DNA of 63,995 nucleotides, filler included, from Acidimicrobiia bacterium (lineage in GTDB: Bacteria > Actinomycetota > Acidimicrobiia > Spongiisociales > CAZKJJ01), in NCBI GenBank assembly GCA_046759765.1. It is 14 parts of 14 records of this genome, joined end to end, with 100 filler letters (N's around TTAATTAATTAA, not from the genome) between each part and the next. Parts side by side here need not be neighbours in the genome. Positions count along the whole stretch, not along the records: positions 1 to 4,675 come from JBHICV010000173.1; positions 4,776 to 9,436 come from JBHICV010000174.1; 12 more parts are not named here. One strand, 5' to 3'. Numbering within the stretch: position 1 is the first letter of the stretch; every line of letters starts with the position of its first letter. The notes beneath the pieces were generated by a model. That model made no database searches. It worked only from the letters and a program-made list of their open reading frames with translations, and was not told the DNA's origin. The position numbers and the translations under genes are program-made. This document shows, piece after piece, positions 1 through 8,911 of this stretch.

Positions 1-1
1 C

Positions 2-82
2 CGGTCGGCGGTGATCCTGGCGGTCTGGGGGTTGGTGTCGGTAGTAGTTGCCTGGGCGGCTCTTACCTACCGCGACGCATAG
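2..82 (+). CDS. C-terminal fragment of a membrane protein, probably an ABC-2 type permease
   Basis: Translates RSAVILAVWGLVSVVVAWAALTYRDA*: a TM helix followed by the RDx* ending typical of ABC-2 permeases. Confidence 0.55.
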   Translation, partial: RSAVILAVWGLVSVVVAWAALTYRDA

Positions 83-1242
83 TCAACGGCAACGGGGACC
101 GGCTCTCCAGCTGTGTCCAAGGCCTCGATGATCCTGGCAATGCGGGCAGTGCAGGTTTCGTCCTCAGCCGGAGGTACGAGCTCGACGAGTCGCCTGGCTG
201 CTTCTTGGAATGCCTTCGCCGCCTCCGAGGTGGGATGCTCCCTAACCACTGGGCGTCCGGAGTCGCCACCGACCACGATTGCGGGGTCGAGCGGGATGTT
301 GGCGACCAGCGGCACTCCCAGGGAGTCGGCCAGCTCTCGTCCGCCTCCTTGGCCGAAGAGAAAGTACTCGTCTCCATCGTCACACCGGAAGCTGGTCATG
401 TTCTCGATCACACCCACCACTGGCATGTAAGAGCGCCTCGCCATGTCGGCCACCCGGATCGCAACCTTCTGAGCGGTTGCCTGCGGGGTCGTCACCACCA
501 CCATCTCGGCCTGCGGCAGCATCCGGGCAAGGGCCATCTGGATGTCGCCAGTACCGGGTGGCATGTCGATCACTAGATAGTCGAGCTCTCCCCAGGCCAC
601 CTGCTTCAAGAACTGCTCGAGAGCCTTCGAGAGCATCAGGCCTCGCCACATGAGGGCGGTCTCCTCCGATTCGACGACGAGTCCGGCGGACACGAGCCTC
701 ACGCCTTGGACGTCAACGGGAATCATTTGGCGGTCCTCGGACGCCGTCAGCCGATCTTCTGCTCCCAGCATCCGAGGAATCGAGAAACCCCAGATGTCGG
801 CGTCGAGAAGTCCTACTCGATAGCCGAGATCCGAGATAGCCAAGGCCAGGTTGGTGCTGACAGATGACTTACCGACGCCTCCCTTGCCGCTTCCGACCGC
901 AATCACCCTCGTTAACGGGCTTACCCGGGTCGGCTCGGCGTTGTCCCGCGCCTTACGCCGGGCCGTAGCCATCAACCCGGAGCGCTGCTCCTTGGACATC
1001 GCGGTCGTTCTAACGACAACGTCCCTGATGCCCGGGAGGGCCATGACCTTGCGGACGGTGTCACCCTCGATCTGGCCCCGCATTGGACATTCGGAGATCG
1101 TGAGCGCGACTCCGATGGTGGCTACGCCGTCTTCAGAGACGGCAACTTCTGAGACCATTCCCAGCTCGACGACATCGCCGCCCAGCTCGGGATCCATCAC
1201 CCCGCGCAGAGCCTCGTAGATGTCATCGTTCGTGACCACCAT
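67..1242 (-). CDS. mrp: Mrp/NBP35 (ApbC) family ATP-binding Fe-S carrier with N-terminal DUF59 domain
   Basis: DPEL..VELGMV, LT..ECP, GKGGVGKS, DADIWG, WRG.ML, DMPPGTGD, VTTPQ and ENM motifs. Confidence 0.95.
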   Translation of the reverse strand: MVVTNDDIYEALRGVMDPELGGDVVELGMVSEVAVSEDGVATIGVALTISECPMRGQIEGDTVRKVMALPGIRDVVVRTTAMSKEQRSGLMATARRKARDNAEPTRVSPLTRVIAVGSGKGGVGKSSVSTNLALAISDLGYRVGLLDADIWGFSIPRMLGAEDRLTASEDRQMIPVDVQGVRLVSAGLVVESEETALMWRGLMLSKALEQFLKQVAWGELDYLVIDMPPGTGDIQMALARMLPQAEMVVVTTPQATAQKVAIRVADMARRSYMPVVGVIENMTSFRCDDGDEYFLFGQGGGRELADSLGVPLVANIPLDPAIVVGGDSGRPVVREHPTSEAAKAFQEAARRLVELVPPAEDETCTARIARIIEALDTAGEPVPVAVDYASR

Positions 1243-1314
1243 TTCATGGTACGCGTAATTTGCACTATCGCCACCTTGCTAATAGAAGAAGGGGACAGAG
1301 CTATACTTCGTGAC

Positions 1315-1671
1315 ATGGAGCAGATGGTCTCGATCGGATCGCAGCAGCGGGCCGTGACCCTCACGCCGAGCGCGGTGACCAAGGTACGGGAGTTGATCGC
1401 GGCCGAGGATCACGACGACGTCGTTCTGCGGATGGGAGTTCGTCCGGGCGGGTGCTCCGGCTTCTCGTATGAGATGTTCTTCGATCGGGAGGTCGACGCC
1501 GACGACATCGTCGAGTCGTTCGACGATGTACAGGTGGTTGTCGACCCACAGAGCGTCGAGCTCATTCGCGGTGCTCAGCTGGACTACACCGAAGGCTTGC
1601 AGGGTGCCGGCTTCGCTATCTCCAATCCCAACGTGACCCGCAGCTGCGGCTGCGGAAACAGCTTCAGCTAA
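1315..1671 (+). CDS. HesB/IscA/ErpA A-type Fe-S assembly protein
   Basis: GGCSGFSY and C-terminal NPN..SCGCGNSF; divergent from mrp. Confidence 0.95.
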   Translation: MEQMVSIGSQQRAVTLTPSAVTKVRELIAAEDHDDVVLRMGVRPGGCSGFSYEMFFDREVDADDIVESFDDVQVVVDPQSVELIRGAQLDYTEGLQGAGFAISNPNVTRSCGCGNSFS

Positions 1672-1782
1672 GCCTGTCCGTCTCTCTGATCATCCCTCCA
1701 AAGGGATCATGTCCGCCCACTAGGCTGCGAAGGCCAATCCAACTCACCGATCGGCGAGCACGTCTCTCCTCAAGGAGCATTC

Positions 1783-3300
1783 ATGGATCAGAGCGAGATC
1801 TTTAGTCGGCTCGGACTCTCCGACGCCAACTCCGGGGTATATGCCGGTGGTTGGCTGGAAGGCGAAGGGGGAGAGCTGGCGGTTGAGAATCCCAGCACAG
1901 GAGAGGTCATCGCGACTGTTCGGAAGGCCTCGGAAGAGGAATTTGACCGCGTGGTGGAACGGGCAGGGAACGCCTTCGATGCGTGGCGCATGCTGCCTGC
2001 GCCGAAGAGAGGCGAGTACGTGCGGAGGATTGGCGATCGGCTCCGCGAGGAACTCGATCCACTAGGGGCTCTGGTCACACTGGAGAACGGGAAGATCCTG
2101 GCCGAGGGCATCGGCGAGGTACAGGAGATGATCGATATAGCCGACTTCTCTGTCGGTCTGTCCCGCCAGCTTTACGGGTTGACTATGGCTTCCGAGCGGC
2201 CCCTGCACCGTATGTATGAGCAGTGGCATCCCCTCGGTCCGATTGGGGTCATAACCGCGTTCAACTTCCCAGTAGCGGTGTGGTCGTGGAACGCCTTCAT
2301 CGGAGCGGTCTGTGGCGACACGATGGTTTGGAAGCCTTCCAGTTCGACACCGCTCGCCGCGGTCGCGGTAACCAATATCTGCGACGAGGTGATGTCCGGT
2401 ACCGGCTACGAGGCGGTGTTCAGCCTCACGGTCGGTGGTGGCTCGTCAATTGGGGAGCTGATGATCAATGACGGCCGTCTGCCGCTGATCTCGGCGACTG
2501 GATCGTGTGCGATGGGGGCCAAGGTAGGTCCCGCGGTCGCCAAGCGGTTTGGGCGCTCACTTTTGGAATTGGGTGGCAACAACGCGGTGATCGTGATGGA
2601 CGATGCCGATCTCGATCTCGCTACACGGGCGGTACTGTTCGCTGCCGTCGGTACCGCCGGTCAGCGGTGCACCTCGCTACGGCGCCTGATCGTTCATCGT
2701 GATGCCTCCGAAGAGCTCACGAACCGGCTCATCGATGCCTATCGCCAGATCACCATCGGCGACCCCATGGGCTCCGAAACGCTGATGGGACCGCTGATCA
2801 CCGAGAGGGCTGTTCACGGAATGACCGCAGCCTTGGAGATTGCCAAGGAGCAGGGTGGCAAGGTCCTATATGGCGGCAACCGCTTGGAAGAGCTCGGCCG
2901 CAACTTTGTGGAGCCGACTCTTGTGCTCATCGATAGCGATGCTGCCATCGTGCAGGAGGAGACTTTCGCTCCGATCCTCTACATCATCGAGGTCGACGAC
3001 CTCGCCGAGGCGATCGAGGTTCAGAACGGTGTCCGACAAGGCCTATCGTCGGCGATCTTCACGGACTCGCTCCGCAACGCCGAGCGGTTTCTGTCCCACC
3101 TCGGGTCCGATTGCGGGATTGCCAATGTCAATATCGGAACGTCGGGGGCAGAGATCGGGGGCGCCTTCGGAGGCGAGAAGGAGACCGGAGGTGGGAGAGA
3201 AGCCGGGTCCGACGCCTGGAAGGCCTATATGCGGCGCCAGACGAACACAATTAACTGGGGAGAAGACCTCCCGCTAGCCCAAGGAATCGAGTTCGGCTAA
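1783..3300 (+). CDS. Aldehyde dehydrogenase, ALDH7/Pcd (aminoadipate-semialdehyde dehydrogenase)-like
   Basis: ITAFNFPVAVW, LELGGNNA, GTAGQRCT, SDCGIANVNIGTSGAEIGGAFGGEKETGGGRE, LPLAQGI; AAGGAG RBS. Confidence 0.93.
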   Translation: MDQSEIFSRLGLSDANSGVYAGGWLEGEGGELAVENPSTGEVIATVRKASEEEFDRVVERAGNAFDAWRMLPAPKRGEYVRRIGDRLREELDPLGALVTLENGKILAEGIGEVQEMIDIADFSVGLSRQLYGLTMASERPLHRMYEQWHPLGPIGVITAFNFPVAVWSWNAFIGAVCGDTMVWKPSSSTPLAAVAVTNICDEVMSGTGYEAVFSLTVGGGSSIGELMINDGRLPLISATGSCAMGAKVGPAVAKRFGRSLLELGGNNAVIVMDDADLDLATRAVLFAAVGTAGQRCTSLRRLIVHRDASEELTNRLIDAYRQITIGDPMGSETLMGPLITERAVHGMTAALEIAKEQGGKVLYGGNRLEELGRNFVEPTLVLIDSDAAIVQEETFAPILYIIEVDDLAEAIEVQNGVRQGLSSAIFTDSLRNAERFLSHLGSDCGIANVNIGTSGAEIGGAFGGEKETGGGREAGSDAWKAYMRRQTNTINWGEDLPLAQGIEFG

Positions 3301-3356
3301 ACGCTCCTTCGGCGCTGACTCCGCATAAGTTCGTTACTTCATCTAACTTGCCACCG

Positions 3357-4675
3357 ATGGACTTTGGGGTGATAGGGCGCGGGCGGATCCTCACGGACAT
3401 CGAACAAGCAATATCCGGCACCCGTGACGGTGGTCTTACGACCGTGGCGCTGGAGGGCCCGCCCGGGAGTGGACGCCGCCGCCTCCTGGATGAGATCGAG
3501 GAACGGGCCCAAGAGGCCGGCTTCCGAGTCAGCCGTGCGGTCGGCTCCGTGGCCGGTCAGTCCAAGGCTGGGGGCGTAGCGGATCAACTGGGCCTCGAGT
3601 CGCTGCCGGAGGCCACTGCCCTGCTGGTCGAAGAGGCCCAATGGGTAGACCCCACCTCGTTTGGTCTCCTACAGCGAGCTATGGCCTCCCCACCTCCGGG
3701 GGGTCTTTTCCTAGCTGTCTCTCACCAGCACGTCACCGGCCATCACGCCCTGCCGCTCCACAAGCTGACGGACACCGCCCGTCGTCGAGGTCAATTCGTG
3801 GATCATGTCTTGGAGCCCCTCGTGGCCGCCGATTTGGCCGACCTGCTTTCGGCTGATGCCGCCGAGCACGTGATCTTGCTCACGGGCGGAGTCTCCGCCG
3901 ATGTTGAGCGGCTTCTGTCCGACTGGGTCGACGAAGGAGTGGTGCAGCGTTCGAACGGCCGGCTCGAGGTAATCAGATCGATGCCTGACACGTGGGAGGG
4001 CGGCGGGCATCTCATGGAGCAGGTCGACCGGCTGGAGCGGACCGAGAGAAAGATCGTCGATTCGGTCTACGTGGCCGGGCATCCCCTGGATCCGGGCCTG
4101 TTGGCGGCAGTCGTCGAAGCCTCGACGGACGACGTTCTCGAGATGGGCGAGCGCCTGACGGGCGCCGGGCTGATCTCACAGACTCGAGATGGGTTCGTGC
4201 CGGTAGACGCGTTGGCAGTCGAGCGGGTCACGGGCAGCCTTGGAGAGGTACGGCACACAGCCACCCTGGCCGGCCTTGCCGAGGGGATGAAGGAGCTCGG
4301 GCGGGACGAGACCGATCCAGGCACCGTCGGGCGCTACTACGCGGAGGCGGGCCTGTGGGATCAGGCGCTCCCCTTCCTCTCGGAGGCTGCGCTTCACTCG
4401 GCCGAGCAGGGCGAGATGGGAGAGTCCTTCCCGTTGCTCGACGCAGCCGTGGAGGCGTATGAGGAGTCTGGCGCCGAAGACCCTGAGCTCGAGGGAAAAC
4501 TGCGGCTCGCGCGCGCTCAGTACTACCAGCAGGCGGGCTGGTCCGACTTCGCCGCGGACGACCTCGAGATCGCGATCCGCCGGCTCGAGGGGACGGCGAG
4601 AGTGGCTGCTCTCGCATTCCTGGCCGTGGTGGAAGACGACCGGCAGAACGACCTGGCTGCCGAACGCGTGGTGGC
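3357..4675 (+). CDS. AAA_16/STAND-like ATPase plus TPR-like protein, truncated at contig end
   Basis: IGR...LEGPPGSGRRRLL (Walker A-like), LLVEEAQWVD..S (Walker B-like), TGG motif, then helical repeats. Confidence 0.7.
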
Positions 4676-4818
4676 NNNNNNNNNNNNNNNNNNNNNNNNN
4701 NNNNNNNNNNNNNNNNNNNTTAATTAATTAANNNNNNNNNNNNNNNNNNNNNNNNNNNNNNNNNNNNNNNNNNNNTGGACCGTTGAGGCCACAACTCCCT
4801 AGCTCGGCGAGGGTTCGG

Positions 4819-4852
4819 GTAGCGCATATGACACTGAGCCGATATGGGCGGC
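4819..4852 (+). repeat. dif-like site copy A (12-nt spacer variant)
   Basis: GTAGCGCATAT-GACACTGAGCCG-ATATGGGCGGC; arms match copies at 7230, 8806, 56694 and 56802. Confidence 0.7.
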
Positions 4853-4861
4853 CGGAAGCAG

Positions 4862-5062
4862 TTATGGGCCGTCGTGGTTGATCCAGACGGGGCGGAGCGC
4901 CCGATCGAGCTCTTGGCTGACCTCGTCGAGCAGGTCGCTCCAACGTTCCCGCTCAGCGTCAGACCAGGCTGCGGAATGTTCTTCCCAGATCCGGCGCCAC
5001 TCCGCGAACTCGTTCTGAGCCTGGCGCATGCTCCGGATGCCCTTTTCAAACTCATCGGACAT
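4862..5062 (-). CDS. Small hypothetical protein (66 aa, MSDEFEKG...)
   Basis: Helical, charged ORF with an AGGGGG RBS; its stop lies 9 nt from dif-like site A. Confidence 0.55.
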   Translation of the reverse strand: MSDEFEKGIRSMRQAQNEFAEWRRIWEEHSAAWSDAERERWSDLLDEVSQELDRALRPVWINHDGP

Positions 5063-5289
5063 CAGTGCCCCCCTTTGTCGGGCTAACCGAGTTCGAACCG
5101 GCTGGTCAGTTCTGGTAACTCGTACCGGGTTCAGATCCGCACCGTAGGCCCGCCCAATCAGCAGCAACAGGGGCAAACGTCACCACCGGCCTTTACGCAA
5201 CGTCCCACCCGTTCGATGACAGGTCAGACTTCTGCCGGTCATCGAACGGAATATGGGCGCGCCTCAAGCCATGGCACCAGTGCATTTGT

Positions 5290-5474
5290 GATGCGATGAG
5301 GGAGTGGGCCTCCGGTCCCCGTTGACGTGTGTCCCCGATAGTCGGGTGTCAATCAAGCCCTCGAGAAGGGAGGCCCGTGTGTCACGTTACGTGGGAATCG
5401 ATTTGCTTCGCCGCCGTTCGGTGGTGGTGATCTTGGACGGGGGCGGCCGGATGCTGTCCTGGCGGAGAGTCGCG
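5290..5474 (+). mobile_element. IS110-family remnant: structured non-coding left end plus the first ~32 codons of the transposase
   Basis: GTG at 5379 after GAAGGGAGG gives VSRYVGIDLLRRRSVVVILDGGGRMLSWRRV, matching the YVGIDLH start of the DEDD RuvC-like domain. Similarity ends at the stop codon of the convergent ALS gene. Confidence 0.75.
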
Positions 5475-7115
5475 TCAGACCAGCATGGTCGAGCGGGGGT
5501 AAGCCACTTCCGGATCGGTGACCACGTTCACGAGAGCAGGCTTGTTGGATCCGAGCGCCCGCTCGATCGCGGGCCGGATGCCGCTGGGCTCGGTGACAAA
5601 CTCGCCATGGCCCCCGAGCGCCTCGACCACCAGGTCGTAGCGACATTCGGGCTGCAGGTCGGCGGCGACGTCGTGTCCGTAAAGGGCTCTCATCGGATGC
5701 TTCTCCAGACCCCAGATCCCGTTGTTGCCGACCACGGCCAGCACCGGGAGTTGGTGCCGTACCATCGTGTCGAAGTCCAAGCCGGAGAAACCGAAGGCTC
5801 CGTCTCCCATCAGAAGCATTACCTGGGCGGTGGGGTGGACGAGACGGGCCGCGATCGCGTATCCGGGTCCGCTGCCCAGGCAGCCGAAGGGACCGGTGTC
5901 CAGCCAACGGCCGGGTTGGCTCGACTTCACATACCTCCCAGCAAAGCTGACGAAGTCCCCGCCATCGCCCATGATGACCGCGTCGTCGTCGAGGATCTGC
6001 TCCAGCTCTCCGTAGATACGGGCCGGGTGGATCGGCATAGCCGCACTCGTGAGCTCAGCGCGGTCGGTGGCCCTTCTCGAGTCTTCTTCCTGCCGCAGGT
6101 GGTAGTGCCACTCATCCAGCGAGTTCGAACTGTCCACGAGTTCGGTTAGTGCGTCGAACATGCGGGCGAGACTTCCGGCCGCAGAGCCGGCAAGGTCGAC
6201 ATGAGTTGCCAGCTGCTCGGGCGCGTCAGCGAGATGCACCACCGAGGACGGTCCGAAGTCGCCGAAGCGAAGCCGGAAGTCGAGCGGGGTGCCGGCAACA
6301 ACCACCAGATCAGCATGAGAGAGCGCGAGCCCCCGTGCTCGGGCATAAGCGAGCGGGTGACCGGCGGGCATTGTGCCTCTAGCTGAGCCAGACGTGAACA
6401 CCGGCATCTGTGTTTTCTCGGCCAGCAATCGCATCGGCTCCCATGCCTCGTCGAAGTAGACGTCGGTTCCTGCCAAGAGAACCGGCGTCCGAGCATCGTC
6501 AATGAGGTTGGCGACCCGCGCGAGATCTCCTTCGTCGGCCTGCAGCATCTCGACCTCCGGTGGACTCCCCAGCTGGGCTGACGCAACAGCGGCTAGGGCG
6601 TCGATTCCGGCATCCAGGAACACCGGCCCCCGATGGGGAGTACAGGCCGCCACAACTGCCGTGTCCACCTGCATTGGGATCTTCCCGGTGGCGGTCACGG
6701 TCTCGGCCCGTTTTGTGATGGGAGCCATCACCGGGACGTGGTCGAGCTCTTGGAGGCTGCCCTGGCCCCACCGGAAGGCTGGTGCCCGGCCACCTACCAC
6801 CACCAGCGGTGACCCTGCGGCTTGGGCGCTGGCTACCGCAGAAGCTGCGTTGGTGACTCCCGGTCCTGCGGTGACGACCGCAACCCCGGGACGACGGGTC
6901 AGCTTGGCGATGCCTTCGGCGGCAAACACTGCCGTCTGCTCGTGCCGGGTGTCGACCAGTCGCACACCGGCCGCTACGCACGCGTCGTAGATGGGAAACA
7001 GATGACCTCCCGACAACGTGAAGATGGTGTCGACGCCATGGCGTTGGAGGGCGGCCACCAGGAGCTTGCCGCCGCTCCCTTCCACCTGATCTCGCTCCTT
7101 TGCTGCCGTGGCCAT
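5475..7115 (-). CDS. TPP-dependent acetolactate synthase-like / 2-hydroxyacyl-CoA lyase (IlvG-like) enzyme
   Basis: FTLSGGH, RHEQTAVFAA, TAGPG, GDGGDF, GPFGCLG and the GDGAFG...NNG TPP motif. Confidence 0.92.
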   Translation of the reverse strand: MATAAKERDQVEGSGGKLLVAALQRHGVDTIFTLSGGHLFPIYDACVAAGVRLVDTRHEQTAVFAAEGIAKLTRRPGVAVVTAGPGVTNAASAVASAQAAGSPLVVVGGRAPAFRWGQGSLQELDHVPVMAPITKRAETVTATGKIPMQVDTAVVAACTPHRGPVFLDAGIDALAAVASAQLGSPPEVEMLQADEGDLARVANLIDDARTPVLLAGTDVYFDEAWEPMRLLAEKTQMPVFTSGSARGTMPAGHPLAYARARGLALSHADLVVVAGTPLDFRLRFGDFGPSSVVHLADAPEQLATHVDLAGSAAGSLARMFDALTELVDSSNSLDEWHYHLRQEEDSRRATDRAELTSAAMPIHPARIYGELEQILDDDAVIMGDGGDFVSFAGRYVKSSQPGRWLDTGPFGCLGSGPGYAIAARLVHPTAQVMLLMGDGAFGFSGLDFDTMVRHQLPVLAVVGNNGIWGLEKHPMRALYGHDVAADLQPECRYDLVVEALGGHGEFVTEPSGIRPAIERALGSNKPALVNVVTDPEVAYPRSTMLV

Positions 7116-7229
7116 AGCCGCATCTCCCTTCACCTCGACCGACGGGCAGCCCTAGCAGCACGAATGTTCGGACCGCGCTTGCCAGAGCCGAAGCTACCCA
7201 GGGTGCTCGCACTGAGCTGACACCTCCGG

Positions 7230-7256
7230 CTAGCGCAATGTGCCGATGTGGGCGGT
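7230..7256 (+). repeat. dif-like site copy B
   Basis: CTAGCGCA-AT-GTGCCG-ATGTGGGCGGT (1-nt deletion in the left arm), intergenic. Confidence 0.7.
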
Positions 7257-7404
7257 CTGGCATGGGACGGGTGGATCGAGGTTCTCACTTTATTCCTGGG
7301 TCTCTGCAGACAACGGCACCGCCGAGCGTGTAGGTGAGCGTCAGTTGAGTGTTCCACCGGGGCTGCTTGAGCTGCGCTGGCAGGCGATTGTCGAGCTCAG
7401 ATCT

Positions 7405-8649
7405 TCATTCGGGTCCCGCGTAGCTTCCAGCCGTGTCGGGAAACATCGCCTTGATGACCTTGAAGCTGGACACGTCGACCGTGGCGTCCATGTGTAGGAA
7501 CACCGAGGCGTCCCGGAAGTACTTTTCGATGCCTACCTCGAGCATCGACCCGTTGCCGCCATGCAGTTCCATCGCCTGCCTGCAGACCTCCAAGATCTCT
7601 TCGGAGGCGAACACCTTGACCATGTTGCAGAGTTTGTCGGTGTCGGCCGCCTCTTCGTCAACTGCCTTCGCTGCGTGGCTCAGCAGCGCCCTGACGGCGT
7701 CTAGCTTGATCGCCATTTGAGCGAGGCGAACTGCCACCGCCTGGTGCTTGATGAGCACACGGCCGCCCTGCACGTGCTGCTGAACAAAGGCGGCCGTGTC
7801 CTCAAAGGCAGCAACGCCAACGCCCAGGTTCTTGGCTGCCTGGAGTATCTTTCCCGGCCGAAAATAGACAGCAGCCTTGCCCAGCGCATCATCCCGGGCA
7901 AGCAGGTGATCTTCGGGCACTCGGCAGTCCTCGAAGACGATCTCCCCGTTGTTCATGTAGCGCCCGCCGATGGTCTCGTTGCACCGGGTCACGACTAGGC
8001 CAGGAGTGTCGCGCGGCACGAGGAAGCTGCTCGTGCCCTCCAGTAAGCCAACCTGTGGGTTGGTGTTGGCATAAACGACAAAAAGGGACGCGTCGTAGCC
8101 GTTGCTGATGAACTGCTTGCGTCCGTTGATCGTCCAACGGCCGTCAGCCAGCACTGCCCGAGTGTCCATGTTGGCCTCGGGTACGTTGTAGGGAAGCCAA
8201 CGGTCCGATGCGCCTTTGGGCTCGGTGAGGCAATGGGCCATCAGGAATGACGGATTGTCCACGTAGCGGGGGAACCATTCTTCCTGGAGATGCTCGGGTG
8301 CCAGGGTCCGCAGCAGGACTGCGATCTTCCAGTTCTGAGCGAGCTTGTCAGCCAGACCCGCATCCCCTCGTGCGATCTCAGTGGCGATGATGGCGAACGT
8401 CTGCGCCTCGGTCCTGGGGTCGAGCTGTACTCCGCCGTAGCGCTCCGGCACCCCCAGGGACCGAAGCCCAGCCGCATCGGCACCTTCGAGGATCTCGGGA
8501 GGGAGCCGCTCCTCCGGCTCGAAGACCCACTCGCGCTCCCGGTTGGCCTGGATGAACGGGGTCACGACCCCGTCCACGAAGTCGCGGCAGGTCTGTTTCA
8601 TTAGCCGCTGCTCAACTGAAAGTTCCTGCTCCTGCATTGTCAACGTCAT
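7405..8649 (-). CDS. Acyl-CoA dehydrogenase family protein
   Basis: CLTEPKGASD, INGRKQFISNG, QGGRVLIKHQAV, ELHGGNG, EKYFRDA. Confidence 0.92.
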   Translation of the reverse strand: MTLTMQEQELSVEQRLMKQTCRDFVDGVVTPFIQANREREWVFEPEERLPPEILEGADAAGLRSLGVPERYGGVQLDPRTEAQTFAIIATEIARGDAGLADKLAQNWKIAVLLRTLAPEHLQEEWFPRYVDNPSFLMAHCLTEPKGASDRWLPYNVPEANMDTRAVLADGRWTINGRKQFISNGYDASLFVVYANTNPQVGLLEGTSSFLVPRDTPGLVVTRCNETIGGRYMNNGEIVFEDCRVPEDHLLARDDALGKAAVYFRPGKILQAAKNLGVGVAAFEDTAAFVQQHVQGGRVLIKHQAVAVRLAQMAIKLDAVRALLSHAAKAVDEEAADTDKLCNMVKVFASEEILEVCRQAMELHGGNGSMLEVGIEKYFRDASVFLHMDATVDVSSFKVIKAMFPDTAGSYAGPE

Positions 8650-8805
8650 TGCTTCCGCCTCCTTTGGCCTTGGATTTCTTGGTCTGCACCTTGACCCGGT
8701 TACAGGCCCAAACCTATCGAGGTTTTCAGAGCGGGCCCTTCGCATGGCCGTGACATCGGGACTATGGCCTCGAGCTCGGCTGCCTACCTACCGCCTGCCA
8801 TCCGA

Positions 8806-8833
8806 GTGGAGCACATGTGCCGATATGGGCGGG
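8806..8833 (+). repeat. dif-like site copy C
   Basis: GTGGAGCACAT-GTGCCG-ATATGGGCGGG, intergenic. Confidence 0.75.
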
Positions 8834-8911
8834 TAATGCGATCGTTTAGTGAAGACAGGCCTGGAGAGCGCGGAAAGGGCGCTCCGACTTGGCGCCGGCA
8901 AGTGTTAGACG

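Noticed and set aside
3318..3345. ACTCCGCATAA as a dif-like left arm
   Set aside because: No right arm at 6-bp spacing.
4720..4731. Regularly spaced TTAATTAATTAA repeats
   Set aside because: Artificial linker embedded in N-runs; ORFs ending in XXX-LIN are artifacts.
5165..5205. GGCAAAC...ACGCAA resembling a c-di-GMP-I riboswitch
   Set aside because: No GNRA-capped P2 stem and no convincing P1/P3 pairing.
5304..6149. 281-aa ORF as a full IS110 transposase
   Set aside because: Only about 32 codons are IS110-like; the rest is the antisense frame of the ALS gene.
4819..8833. Repeats read as a CRISPR array or classical integron attC sites
   Set aside because: Spacing is 1.6-2.4 kb, there are no cas genes, and no paired RYYYAAC...GTTRRRY ends. 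The lone GTTAGAC (8904) and GTTAGGC (56941) lack partner boxes.
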